A DNA stretch of 64,000 bases, taken from Candidatus Melainabacteria bacterium 17Bon1m (lineage in GTDB: Bacteria > Cyanobacteriota > Vampirovibrionia > Obscuribacterales > Obscuribacteraceae). Below the pieces are notes generated by a model. It saw nothing but the letters and a program-made list of their open reading frames with translations, searched no databases and had not been told where the DNA came from. The stretch spans positions 1-64,000 of the forward strand of contig JAVLKG010000009.1 of assembly GCA_032128875.1 (NCBI GenBank), written 5' to 3'. Shown piece by piece: positions 19,235 to 28,859 of the stretch; the stretch's first letter is position 1, and each line of letters begins with the position of its first letter. A program made the position numbers and the translations under genes.

Positions 19235-21142
19235 TTGAAAAAGCCTGTTGACGAGAAAATCAAGCGAAAAGCCGCTGATTTAGTCGTTGATGAAAACCAG
19301 AAAGCTCCAAACGGCGGCAACGGCGGCGCCGATGCTGCTGTGCGGCAGGACGCTGTAAAACCCGCTAAGAGTTCAAAAGCCGACGTTAAGCCACAAAAGA
19401 TCCGTCCAACTAAAGAGCCCGCAGGCGAAGACGCACCTGCAGCCTCGGCGGCAGTAATGGCAGCGAAAGAACCGCTGTTAGAGTCTGCACCGGCCGATCT
19501 GGCGTCATCGGCAAAATTGCAGGAAGCTTCGGTCTCTGAAGAAACTGCAGAACTGGGTGAACCTCTGGCATCCGCGCAGAAGGTTGCCGAAATTCGAGCG
19601 TTGTTCGATGCCGGGCAAACCTTTGAGGGAGAAGTGACCGCAGTTATCTCGGATGGAAAGGAGGCCAGCGACACTGCCGCAAAAGAGTTGCGGGAGACGA
19701 TGGTGGACGATGCAACGCCATTCAGTCCAAATCCTATGGCGCAAACGGCAGATCCTGTTCCTCTCTCCTCGCTGCCTGCTCCGAATTCCAACGGAACCGC
19801 ATCTGTCAAAGACCCTTTAGTAGGACATGTTCTCGACGGCAAGTATGAAATCACGCGAGTGGTTGGCCACGGCGGGATGAGTGTGGTGTATGAAGCGAAG
19901 CACTTGTTGATGAACAAAGTCATCGCGCTGAAGCTGATGCATTCGCATCTGATTCATTCGGAAAAGGCTGTTTGCAGGTTTCAGAAAGAAGCGCATGCTG
20001 TCGCAAAACTCGATCACTCTGGCGTTATCAAAATCTACGACTTTGGTGTTGCATCGAATGGTTCTCCATTCATTGCGATGGAATTTTTGCATGGGCGACC
20101 GCTAAGTGAGTCTATAAAAATAAATGGTCGTCTCGAAGAAGAGAAAGCGATTTCTGTTTTTAAAAACATCGCAGAAGCACTGGAACACGCCCATGGGCAC
20201 GGCGTTGTGCACCGGGATTTGAAACCGAGCAACATCGTTTTGTCCGACTCAGCAAATTCTTCTGTGCCACCAAAACCAACAGTTGTTGATTTTGGCATTG
20301 CGAAAATGACGGGTGAGGATGGCGAAGATCATTTGAGTATGACGGCTACTGGTGAAGTTTTTGGCAGTCCGCTGTACATGAGCCCGGAGCAATGTGCCGG
20401 TCGCGAAATGGATCAGCGCTCAGATATTTATTCATTCGGTTGCTTGATGTATGAAGCAATTACGGGGCGAACTCCATTCGAAGAGAAAAGTGCGATTGCG
20501 CTTTTCCATCATCACCAAAAGAATGAGGCTCCGAAATTCAGTACGCTTGCGGATCGCCCGAATGTTACTGAAGAGTTGGAAGGCATTATTCTCAAGTGTT
20601 TGGAGAAACATCCCCTCGATCGCTACCAGTCGATGGCCGAGTTGGCGAAAAGTCTGCAAACTCTTGGTGAAAAAGAATCTGTGCCGGAGTTGACGCGCTC
20701 TAAGCGGAAGCGCAATGCAATTATGCTTTGCACTGCGCTTTTGATGGCGGTCATCGGCGTCATTCTCAAAGACCAATGGGCGTTTGTTCAAGGCCGCGTG
20801 ATGTTCTTCGTCCTCTGCTTGCTGATTTGCAGTTGGGGAGCGTTCTCGATGATTCAGCGATATTTCCGAATGAAGGAGTCGATGAATTTGCGTTCTCAGT
20901 CGCTTAACTTCGTGCAGAAGGTCAGACTTTCGTTTACTTTGTTGACGGCATTGATAATGTCTGTGTGGTCTGTCGGCATGATGGTCTACGTTGCAGCGCA
21001 TGCGACAAGCCTGCCCATAATCGATACGCTTGCGCAGTATCTTTGGTTCACGTCATTGATATTGGTGACGCTCTATATCGTTGGAATGATTGCATTCGCC
21101 GCGTACACAGCGATAACAGCGCTGAGTAAAGAGACGACCTAA
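19235..21142 (+). CDS. Ser/Thr protein kinase with disordered N-terminus and about four C-terminal TM helices
   Basis: VGHGGMSVVY, ALKL, HRDLKPSN, DFG, GSPLYMSPEQ; TTG start with SD GGAGG. Confidence 0.9.
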   Translation: MKKPVDEKIKRKAADLVVDENQKAPNGGNGGADAAVRQDAVKPAKSSKADVKPQKIRPTKEPAGEDAPAASAAVMAAKEPLLESAPADLASSAKLQEASVSEETAELGEPLASAQKVAEIRALFDAGQTFEGEVTAVISDGKEASDTAAKELRETMVDDATPFSPNPMAQTADPVPLSSLPAPNSNGTASVKDPLVGHVLDGKYEITRVVGHGGMSVVYEAKHLLMNKVIALKLMHSHLIHSEKAVCRFQKEAHAVAKLDHSGVIKIYDFGVASNGSPFIAMEFLHGRPLSESIKINGRLEEEKAISVFKNIAEALEHAHGHGVVHRDLKPSNIVLSDSANSSVPPKPTVVDFGIAKMTGEDGEDHLSMTATGEVFGSPLYMSPEQCAGREMDQRSDIYSFGCLMYEAITGRTPFEEKSAIALFHHHQKNEAPKFSTLADRPNVTEELEGIILKCLEKHPLDRYQSMAELAKSLQTLGEKESVPELTRSKRKRNAIMLCTALLMAVIGVILKDQWAFVQGRVMFFVLCLLICSWGAFSMIQRYFRMKESMNLRSQSLNFVQKVRLSFTLLTALIMSVWSVGMMVYVAAHATSLPIIDTLAQYLWFTSLILVTLYIVGMIAFAAYTAITALSKETT

Positions 21143-21152
21143 ATTTGCTTAT

Positions 21153-21206
21153 GTAAGGGAGACGCATGCGGCTCCCTGCTCAGAGACGCGCATGCGCGTC
21201 CCCTAC
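21153..21206. repeat. REPIN-like inverted doublet of GTAG-type palindromes
   Basis: GTAAGGGAGACGCATGCGGCTCCCT...AGAGACGCGCATGCGCGTCCCCTAC; related copy at 47011-47063. Confidence 0.6.
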
Positions 21207-21235
21207 GTTTATTTGTTACCCGACCAAAATTGCAG

Positions 21236-21976
21236 TTACAGCGTTTCTTGCGAAGCGACTTTTACTTTGTTCTGCTGCTGCTTTTTGATGAAGTCTTTGG
21301 CATCGATGCGGATATAGCAATCGACCAATCGCTTGTTGTCAGACATCAGTCCAAGCTCTTTGGCTGCGGCTTTCGACACATCGATGACATGGTTTGGAAC
21401 AAATGGTCCGCGGTCGTTGATGGTCAATGTGCACGCTTTTCCGTTCTTGCGATTGACTACAGTAACCTTCGTTCCGAACGGTAAGTGTTTATGAGCTGCG
21501 GTCAATTTGCCTTCATCATAAGGCTGGCCTGATGCAGTTTTCTTTCCGTGCAGATCGCTGCTATACCAAGCTGCTTTGCCTATGAAATCAGCTCTCTGCG
21601 CTGGATCAAGTTTTAGCGCTGGCGCTGTTTTCTGTTCGGAGGTTTGCTTACTCTGGCAATCAACTTTGTTCGCGCAATCGACTTTGCTTGCGGCGTCAGC
21701 CTGCTGCACCCAAATCGGCTTTGCAGTTGGTTCTGCTTTCTGCGGCTGAGTAGCTTTCGTACTCTCTTCCGCCTTCGCGGGTTTGTACTCTTTGATGCCC
21801 AGCTCTTCCAGGTTGGTCTTCTCTATTAGATCCGCAGTTTGCGAAAGAGCTTCGGTTGTTTCTTCACTGAATCCTGCCGGTGCAAGAGTGATTATCAGTG
21901 ATACCGCCAGTAGTGCTGCCTTCAATTCGCTAGATGTATTTGAAGCGGGCATTGCAATCTCCGTAGTAGCAACCAA
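21236..21976 (-). CDS. rlpA: Septal ring lytic transglycosylase RlpA family protein
   Basis: GKAAWY, GKKTASG, LTAAHKHLPFGT, INDRGPF, VIDVSKAAA; start codon uncertain. Confidence 0.88.
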   Translation of the reverse strand: MVATTEIAMPASNTSSELKAALLAVSLIITLAPAGFSEETTEALSQTADLIEKTNLEELGIKEYKPAKAEESTKATQPQKAEPTAKPIWVQQADAASKVDCANKVDCQSKQTSEQKTAPALKLDPAQRADFIGKAAWYSSDLHGKKTASGQPYDEGKLTAAHKHLPFGTKVTVVNRKNGKACTLTINDRGPFVPNHVIDVSKAAAKELGLMSDNKRLVDCYIRIDAKDFIKKQQQNKVKVASQETL

Positions 21977-22096
21977 TCGATTTTCCCTTCCCGTATCACG
22001 CGTTACCGCGGGCGGAAAGAGTAGTAGATAGATATGTTTCGGCGTTCGAGACTTCCTTCAGAATTGTCTCTAATTTCCAAGAACTTGCATTAGAGA

Positions 22097-23488
22097 TTAG
22101 ACACCCTTGGCAGCTTCTATGTCCCGATCCGGCTTCTGGAAGAGGATTATGCCAATCACTGACATCAAGCTGAAAAAGACGACGAGCCCAATGGCGAGTT
22201 GAAAACTACCCGTGCGTTGAAGGATTTGTCCGGTCACCAACGGAGCAAGAATTCCTCCGAACGCAAAGAAGCTATCCATAATTCCCAGGCTTGTTGCCGC
22301 TCTGTCTTTGGCAAGATCTGTATTCAGCGAGTAGAAGCACGAGTTAGGCATGAGCCCGATGCCGATACCAAGAGACATCATGATCATCGCCACGTTCAAA
22401 TCTTGAGTGAACATCAATGGAATGAAGCTCAATGCAGAGATTAGCTGGCAAACCCAGATCATGTGAGTGCGAGCGAGGCGCGCGCTGCCGGTTTTCTTCA
22501 TCACCCAATCCGATACGAAGCCTGCTGCTGCAAGCAAGATCGCTGCGGTGAGCCATGGCGCGACGACGAACCAACCAACCTGGTGGAGATTCATATGATA
22601 GGTTTTCTCCAAGTAGCTCGGCAGCCAGTTCATCGAGAAGAAAAGCAAATAACCGAAGGAGAAGAATGCAATGTTGTTGGACATCAATGACGGATTCAAT
22701 AGCATGAATTTCCAGGTCGTTTTGCCGGCTGCGAGGTGATGCGATCTTCTTTCGACGTCACTAATCTCGCGGTTCTGCGATTTCCCTTCGCGTATGTGAT
22801 TCAGCTCTGCGTTGGAAACGAAGGGGCAGGACTCAGGGTAGTCGCGGAACATGAACACCCAGGCGACGGACCATACGACACCCATTGCGCCAAGCACGAC
22901 GAACATGCCTTTCCAGCCGAGGGTTCCGATTAATGTCGTAATAAGCGGACCGCCCACAACATGGGCGAAAGGCACCGCTGCTAGACCGATGGCGGTTGCC
23001 CGGGCGCGCTCGTTAGTGGGCAGCCAGTCGGCCACAGCGCGGGTCAGGGCGGGGAAGTGAGGACCTTCGACGACACCAAGGAAGAGGCGGAAAGCAAACA
23101 GAATCCACATTCCCGAAGCTAGACCCATCATTGCCGTAACAGCTGACCAGAGTATGGCTGCGGTCGGCCAGACTTTATGGGCGCCCCATTTGTCGACCAT
23201 TATGCCGCCGACAGTGGTCATAACCATGTAAGTGATGGCGAAGGCAGAGAGAATCATTCCGAAGTCGGCGTCATTGATGCCGAATTCTGCGACCAGTGCC
23301 TTGCGGGTGTAAGCGAGCGCGGAGCGATCCAAATAATTGATAAGGGTGATGATGAACCCGAGGGCGATGATGACCCAGCGATAATTGCCGACTTTACTGG
23401 CTACCGTGCTGATTGTGGGGTTTCCTGCTGCGGCAGAACCGCTATCTTTCATAGTTTTGACCGCTGTTTCCTGGGTTCCGTTCATCAT
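22097..23488 (-). CDS. MFS transporter (ACS/hexuronate-like)
   Basis: RWVII, INYLDRSAL, GIMVDKWG, WLPTNERARA; about 12 TM segments. Confidence 0.9.
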   Translation of the reverse strand: MMNGTQETAVKTMKDSGSAAAGNPTISTVASKVGNYRWVIIALGFIITLINYLDRSALAYTRKALVAEFGINDADFGMILSAFAITYMVMTTVGGIMVDKWGAHKVWPTAAILWSAVTAMMGLASGMWILFAFRLFLGVVEGPHFPALTRAVADWLPTNERARATAIGLAAVPFAHVVGGPLITTLIGTLGWKGMFVVLGAMGVVWSVAWVFMFRDYPESCPFVSNAELNHIREGKSQNREISDVERRSHHLAAGKTTWKFMLLNPSLMSNNIAFFSFGYLLFFSMNWLPSYLEKTYHMNLHQVGWFVVAPWLTAAILLAAAGFVSDWVMKKTGSARLARTHMIWVCQLISALSFIPLMFTQDLNVAMIMMSLGIGIGLMPNSCFYSLNTDLAKDRAATSLGIMDSFFAFGGILAPLVTGQILQRTGSFQLAIGLVVFFSLMSVIGIILFQKPDRDIEAAKGV

Positions 23489-23771
23489 GCCTCCTGGGCT
23501 TCCGGCAGTCGGACACGAATTTTGCTCCTTTTGCCAAAATTTGGCGGGCAGGTAGAAGCAAAATCACTCGGGATTGAACTGAGAAGTTTAACGGATAAAC
23601 CGCTTATTGTTGGCAGCTATAGGGAGTAGAAAATAGGGAGCAACCCAGCAATTTGCTAGATTTTATCTTTGGCTTTGAACTTTTTTTCGTCAAATCTCGT
23701 CTTTAACCAGTAAGGGCCAAATTATGGCCCGATACCTTATTGCTCTAAGGCATCTCGAAGGAGAAGTACTA

Positions 23772-24437
23772 ATGAATCTATTGGAAAAACTGCCAGTCGC
23801 CTTATCAGGCTTGTGTTTTGCGGTTCTCTGCAACGGCCCGGCTTTGGCACAGGAAGTTGACCTGCCCGACGGCGTCGAAGACGGACCACCCCCAATGGAA
23901 GGAATGGTGGAAATCAGTCTTGACGGCGACGGCGAGCCCGAATTCACCATCGCCATGGACCCTAACGCCGTGCAGATGGCTGCTCCGGGGGGGCCCGGCG
24001 GACCCCCTCACCGCATGATGATGCGCAGAGGCTGGGGCGGACGAGGTGGAATGAGCTGCGGCGGCGGCGGAGTCGGCTGCCCCATGCTTGGAGCTCTGGA
24101 CCTCACAGATGACCAATATGAGAAGTTCTACGCTCTCAAAAACTCTTTCTTGGATAAAGTCGGACCGAAGATGCTCGAGGTTCGCACCAACGAAAGACAT
24201 CTGAAAGATCTGATGACGCAGACCAATGTGGACGCTAAGGCTGCGCGCAATCTACAGGACAAGATTAACGGCCTTAAGGCTGATCTTGCCAATATGAAGC
24301 TTGAGAATCGCCTGGCCATGCACGATGTGCTCAATGACGAACAACGAAAGAAGATTCGCGATTGGGTCGTTAAGGGTGGTCGCGGCATGCATCATCGCGG
24401 CGGCATGCGCATGAAGATGGAAAAGAAAGACGGTTAA
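23772..24437 (+). CDS. Spy/CpxP family periplasmic chaperone-like protein
   Basis: Signal peptide, Gly/Met-rich segments, LDLTDDQ and VLNDEQR (LTxxQ motifs); SD GGAG. Confidence 0.78.
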   Translation: MNLLEKLPVALSGLCFAVLCNGPALAQEVDLPDGVEDGPPPMEGMVEISLDGDGEPEFTIAMDPNAVQMAAPGGPGGPPHRMMMRRGWGGRGGMSCGGGGVGCPMLGALDLTDDQYEKFYALKNSFLDKVGPKMLEVRTNERHLKDLMTQTNVDAKAARNLQDKINGLKADLANMKLENRLAMHDVLNDEQRKKIRDWVVKGGRGMHHRGGMRMKMEKKDG

Positions 24438-24511
24438 CACCCGTCGGTAGCGGCGAAAGCCGTCATCTATGACCGTTACGACAGTTTCGCACATGCGGAG
24501 TGTAGTCAATT

Positions 24512-24538
24512 GGGGAGCCGAATTCGGCTCCTCTTTTC
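24512..24538 (+). terminator. Rho-independent terminator
   Basis: GGGGAGCCG-AATT-CGGCTCCTC followed by TTTT. Confidence 0.65.
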
Positions 24539-24687
24539 TATTGCACGATATTTTTCATCGGCAATCTACTTAATCTATCGTTCCTCCCCTAATTTTCTGA
24601 GCCCGTCCCGTATTAAGATTTCAGTTACAGCCATCGCGGTTTTAGTAATTCGCCTTGCCGACCCTCAGATATTTACGGTGCGTTGAT

Positions 24688-26259
24688 ATGAAATTGACAA
24701 AAGCACTAAGCGGACTTCTGCTCCTGGCAGTTTTACAGGGAGCTTCAGCCAACACAAAATGTTCAGCTGAATGGTACGACAGTGATCGTTCATGCCTGGA
24801 AAGAGCGCGAACGCTCTTTGGTACCGGGCAATTCGACGAGACGCAGAAAGCGCTCGACAAAGGTATTGCGCTCAATCCGCGCAATGCAGAATTGTTTTAC
24901 TTCCGGGGAGTGCTCTACAGCACGTTGAAGCGTTTCGACCTTGCGCTGGCGGACATGGACCAGGCACTTTCGCTGAATCCCACATCTGCCAACTACTATA
25001 TTGCGCGCGGCACGCTTTACTCCAATATGACCAAGTATGACTTGGCTATCAAAGACTACGAGCAAGCTCTACGGTACGAACCTAGAAACGACTCTGCCAG
25101 AGTCAATAAAGAATACTGCGAGGGCGAGCTGCAAAAAATCGCAGCCGCTGCTGCGGGCACCAAGATTTCCAGCGCGCCGAATTTGGGCGTTGCAGTTTCT
25201 ACTGCAGTTCCAATTCCCGTGCCAAAAGCACCCAAGGAAAAACACACCAAGCGCGGCGGCACTGATGTCGCTACTGTCGCCAATGACAGTGCAGAACTCC
25301 AACGCTTGACCAAAGAGCTTGAAGCCAAGCAAAAGCAGAAGGATCAAGAGTCGGCGCTTGCTGCAAAACTCGAAGCTGAGCGTAAAGAAAAAGAAGAGCT
25401 GTTGAGAAAGTTGGCTGAGATAAAGGTTGCTTCCCGAACTGCCGATAAGAAGGCAGAGGAAGAAGCAAAGCCTGAAGACAAGCCAGTTAAGGACAAGTGG
25501 GCTCTCATCATTGGTATCAGCAAATTCAAGAATGAAACGCTGAATCTGAAGTATCCGAGCAAGGATGCGAAAGACTTTTATGATTACTTGATCAGCGATG
25601 GTAAATTCCAGAAAGACCACGTGAAGCTGCTTTTGGATGATCAAGCGACTCGAGGCAACATTCTTTCGGAACTCGGCGACAGATGGCTGCCCAGAATGGC
25701 AGCACCGGATGACCTTGTGCTGATTTATTTCTCCAGCCACGGAAGCTCTTCCGATATGGATGTCGGCGGCGTCAACTACTTGCTCGCCCATGATTCCGAG
25801 CCAGACCAATTGTTCGCCTCCGGATTGGCCATGCAAGATCTCACTCGCGTCATCAAAGGTCGCGTTCATTCAGACAGAGTTGTGCTCATCCTCGACGCTT
25901 GCCACAGCGGCGCTGCTGAGCCTGAAGCAAAAGGACTCGTCCGTGTGAAGAACGTCGATGCCGAAGCAATTGCTCAAGGCACAGGACAAATGGTTATTTC
26001 CTCGAGCACCCCAAGCCAAGTTTCGTGGGAATCGAAAGAAGTGCCCAACTCCGTATTCACCCGTTATCTGATTGACGGTTTGAAATCGAAAAACGGAAAA
26101 GCAACTATTGGTGAAGCGTTCAACTTCATGAAAGACAAAGTGCAAAACGAAGTCTTACGTGCGCGCGGTGTACTGCAAACGCCGGTGATGAAGAGCAAAT
26201 GGCAGGGCACTGACCTGATTATCTCGACACCGCCGATAGAACCAAGGGTCGGGTTGTGA
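24688..26259 (+). CDS. Exported TPR + coiled-coil + caspase-like (C14) peptidase
   Basis: Signal peptide, three to four TPRs, KWALIIGISKF, YFSSHGS (His) and LDACHSG (Cys) dyad, SVFTRYL. Confidence 0.88.
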   Translation: MKLTKALSGLLLLAVLQGASANTKCSAEWYDSDRSCLERARTLFGTGQFDETQKALDKGIALNPRNAELFYFRGVLYSTLKRFDLALADMDQALSLNPTSANYYIARGTLYSNMTKYDLAIKDYEQALRYEPRNDSARVNKEYCEGELQKIAAAAAGTKISSAPNLGVAVSTAVPIPVPKAPKEKHTKRGGTDVATVANDSAELQRLTKELEAKQKQKDQESALAAKLEAERKEKEELLRKLAEIKVASRTADKKAEEEAKPEDKPVKDKWALIIGISKFKNETLNLKYPSKDAKDFYDYLISDGKFQKDHVKLLLDDQATRGNILSELGDRWLPRMAAPDDLVLIYFSSHGSSSDMDVGGVNYLLAHDSEPDQLFASGLAMQDLTRVIKGRVHSDRVVLILDACHSGAAEPEAKGLVRVKNVDAEAIAQGTGQMVISSSTPSQVSWESKEVPNSVFTRYLIDGLKSKNGKATIGEAFNFMKDKVQNEVLRARGVLQTPVMKSKWQGTDLIISTPPIEPRVGL

Positions 26260-26339
26260 CGAGCAATCGATAAGCGTTCTGCAATCAACGATTGCAGAAC
26301 GCAATCAACGATAAACGCCAAACAATAAACAATAAATTC

Positions 26340-26378
26340 AAACATGCAGCTATCTCTTGAAGGAGCTGCATGTTTTTT
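26340..26378 (+). terminator. Terminator-like hairpin between convergent genes
   Basis: AAACATGCAGCT-N12-AGCTGCATGTTT followed by TTT. Confidence 0.55.
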
Positions 26379-26417
26379 GTTGAACGTGCTGGGCAAAAAT
26401 CGAAAGTAAATCTAGTA

Positions 26418-28658
26418 TCAAAAACGTTTTCGAGGAGAGCTGCCAGACGCTTTTTGGCCGAGCTGGCGCAGGGTCATAGCATGCTGCTCTTGTGTTTGTG
26501 CCAGCATCTTATTTTCCAAATTGCTCTTGGTCTGAATATCCACCGATTGCTTGTACAGAGGCTCGGCTAGTTCAAATTTCCCTTGTGCGCAATAAACGTC
26601 AGCAAGTTTATTTAGGCAAATTGCGACTTTTGGATGATCCGGACCGAGCGCTTTGATGCGAAACGCTAGATAGCGTTTGCCAATGGCTTCAGCCTTTTCC
26701 ACCATTTGCTGATCGTTGTACATGTCCATCAAGTTTTCAAACGCGCTCGACATTTGCGTACTGGAGGCGTCTTCTTTTTTCTCGTAGATTGCGAGTGCTT
26801 CTTTGAAAAGCGGCTCTGCCTCGACGTAGTTGCCCAGGCGGTAATGCAGCGTCGCAAGCCGATTGAGGGTAAGCGCGACCTCACTGTGTTTTGAACCCAA
26901 TGATGCCTTCAAATTTTCCGCGGCGCGTTCGAAAAGCGGCACTGCTTTTTTGTATTTCTTTTGCTCGAAGTTGAGCATTGCCAGTTCGTGCAGTGTTAGT
27001 CCTACATCCTGGTGCTCCGGTCCATATGCGCTTTCTCGTATTGCCAGGGCACGAGTCGCTAGACTTTCAGCCTGCGCATAGTCTTCGTTGTACCTGTGCA
27101 AATCAATGAGTTTGTCGAGAACATTTGCAACGTCGGGATGTTTGGACCCAAGCGCTTTTTCGTAAACAGCCACCAGCCGTTGCCAAAGTGGAAGTGCCTC
27201 GTCGTAGCGATTTTGCAGTAGTAAAACTTCTGCGAGTTTGCTTAGGGGTTGCCCGATTTCAGGGTGCTCTGCTCCAAATGAATGCTCGGAAATTGTCAAC
27301 GCCCGAGTGAGCAACTTTTGCGCTTGCGAATAATGTGCTTGCGATTGAAAGACCATCGCTAAGTTGGTAAGACTCTCACCGACATCCGGGTGATACTCGC
27401 CAAGAATGCGTTCCTGAGCCTTAATCAGACTCTCCAAGCATTCTTCCGCCTCAGCTAACTTGTTCTGTGATCTGAAGATTGCCTCAAGGTGTTTTAAATA
27501 ATCGACCAGAGTTTTTTCGTATGCCGGGTCTTTTCCTTCCTTCAATTTCTCCAGGTTGGCAATGGCGCGAAGAAGCAGTGCTTCTGCTTCTTCAAATCTT
27601 CCTGTCTCGTAATAAAGTGCGCCCAAGTGATTCAACTGCGTGCCAACATTTGGATGCTTCGGACCATAATGTTTTTCCTGAATGGCCAGGGCGCGTTTTA
27701 AGAGTGGCTCGGAGACAGCGAAATTCTTTTCTTCAAGATAGGCTTGCGCCAAATTTTGCAACGTTTCAACCAACGCCGGATCATCTTTTGCGTAATTCTT
27801 TTCCTGAATCGCGAGATATCGCTGAAACAGCGGTGCCGCCTCCAAATACTTGCGCTCCGACTGAAGCGTCTTTGCCAGGTTGAGAATGTTTATCGCCATA
27901 TCAGGATGATTGGGACCGAGCGCTTTCTCCGCGATATTTAGAAGGCGCCTGAATATCGGCTCTGCTTCATATGTACGACCCATGTCTCGATACAAAGAGC
28001 CTAGATTGGATAGGGCCGTGACGACCTCTGGATGCGCCGGTCCGAGCGCCGCTTCTCTTATCTGAATCGACTGGCGGAAAAGATACTCCGCCTCCTCAAG
28101 CCGATCGGTGTCGACGAAAAACATAGCCTGGTCGTGCAGAATGCCGCCAATTTCGGCGCTGTCGGCGCCGAGCGTAGCCTCTGTGACATGGAGAGACTGA
28201 ATGAATAAGGGCTCCGCCTCTGTGTAATTGCCGCGCGCGTGCTCCAACTTCGCAAGATTGCGTAAGCAAGCCGCTACGTATTCATGCTGTTCGCCAAATG
28301 CTTTCTGGTAAAGAGTCAAAACACGCCTGCAGAGAGGTTCGGCGTCGTCGAATCTGCCCTGCACGTAGCAAAGGGTGAAAAGGTGAGTAAGGCTGGTAGC
28401 GACATCTGGATGTTCAAAGCCGAGAGTAGACTCCCTCAAAGCGAGCGAACGTCGGAATAGCGGCTCCGCTTCGACGTAGCGCTTTTCCTGAAAGCAAAGT
28501 TCCCCAAGGCGGTCGAGCGTCAAGGACAGGCGCTTATCCCCCTTAGGAAACTCCTCAGCCAGCTTGAGCGCCCGCCGCCACATAACTTCAGCTTCGGCGT
28601 AATTGCCGAAAGTCGCCGCATGCTCGGCGTCTGATTTCAGCTGTTCCCAGGTGCTCAT
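26418..28658 (-). CDS. Tetratricopeptide repeat protein (42-aa kinesin-light-chain-type repeats)
   Basis: Many repeats of AEPLFxRxLxIxExxLGxxHPxVAxxLxxL. Confidence 0.92.
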   Translation of the reverse strand: MSTWEQLKSDAEHAATFGNYAEAEVMWRRALKLAEEFPKGDKRLSLTLDRLGELCFQEKRYVEAEPLFRRSLALRESTLGFEHPDVATSLTHLFTLCYVQGRFDDAEPLCRRVLTLYQKAFGEQHEYVAACLRNLAKLEHARGNYTEAEPLFIQSLHVTEATLGADSAEIGGILHDQAMFFVDTDRLEEAEYLFRQSIQIREAALGPAHPEVVTALSNLGSLYRDMGRTYEAEPIFRRLLNIAEKALGPNHPDMAINILNLAKTLQSERKYLEAAPLFQRYLAIQEKNYAKDDPALVETLQNLAQAYLEEKNFAVSEPLLKRALAIQEKHYGPKHPNVGTQLNHLGALYYETGRFEEAEALLLRAIANLEKLKEGKDPAYEKTLVDYLKHLEAIFRSQNKLAEAEECLESLIKAQERILGEYHPDVGESLTNLAMVFQSQAHYSQAQKLLTRALTISEHSFGAEHPEIGQPLSKLAEVLLLQNRYDEALPLWQRLVAVYEKALGSKHPDVANVLDKLIDLHRYNEDYAQAESLATRALAIRESAYGPEHQDVGLTLHELAMLNFEQKKYKKAVPLFERAAENLKASLGSKHSEVALTLNRLATLHYRLGNYVEAEPLFKEALAIYEKKEDASSTQMSSAFENLMDMYNDQQMVEKAEAIGKRYLAFRIKALGPDHPKVAICLNKLADVYCAQGKFELAEPLYKQSVDIQTKSNLENKMLAQTQEQHAMTLRQLGQKASGSSPRKRF

Positions 28659-28859
28659 GAGGTCGCTAGAAGTTGCCTGTGCCGGAAAGGGTGAAGTGTG
28701 GTCGAAAACCGGGCTATGCCCAGCACCGCCCTTACGGTTATACCCGCCCGCTGAAGGGTTCTTAAAACCCGGAAATAGGGGCTGTCAGGCGATCAGCCGG
28801 TGCTCCAGATGCGGTAATATCACGACTTGAAACCCTGCCCGGCTTTGGCGTCGAGAACA

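Noticed and set aside
19099-19923. 274-aa minus-strand ORF
   Set aside because: Antisense to the low-complexity N-terminus of the kinase.
25069-25869. 266-aa minus-strand ORF
   Set aside because: Antisense shadow of the TPR-caspase gene.
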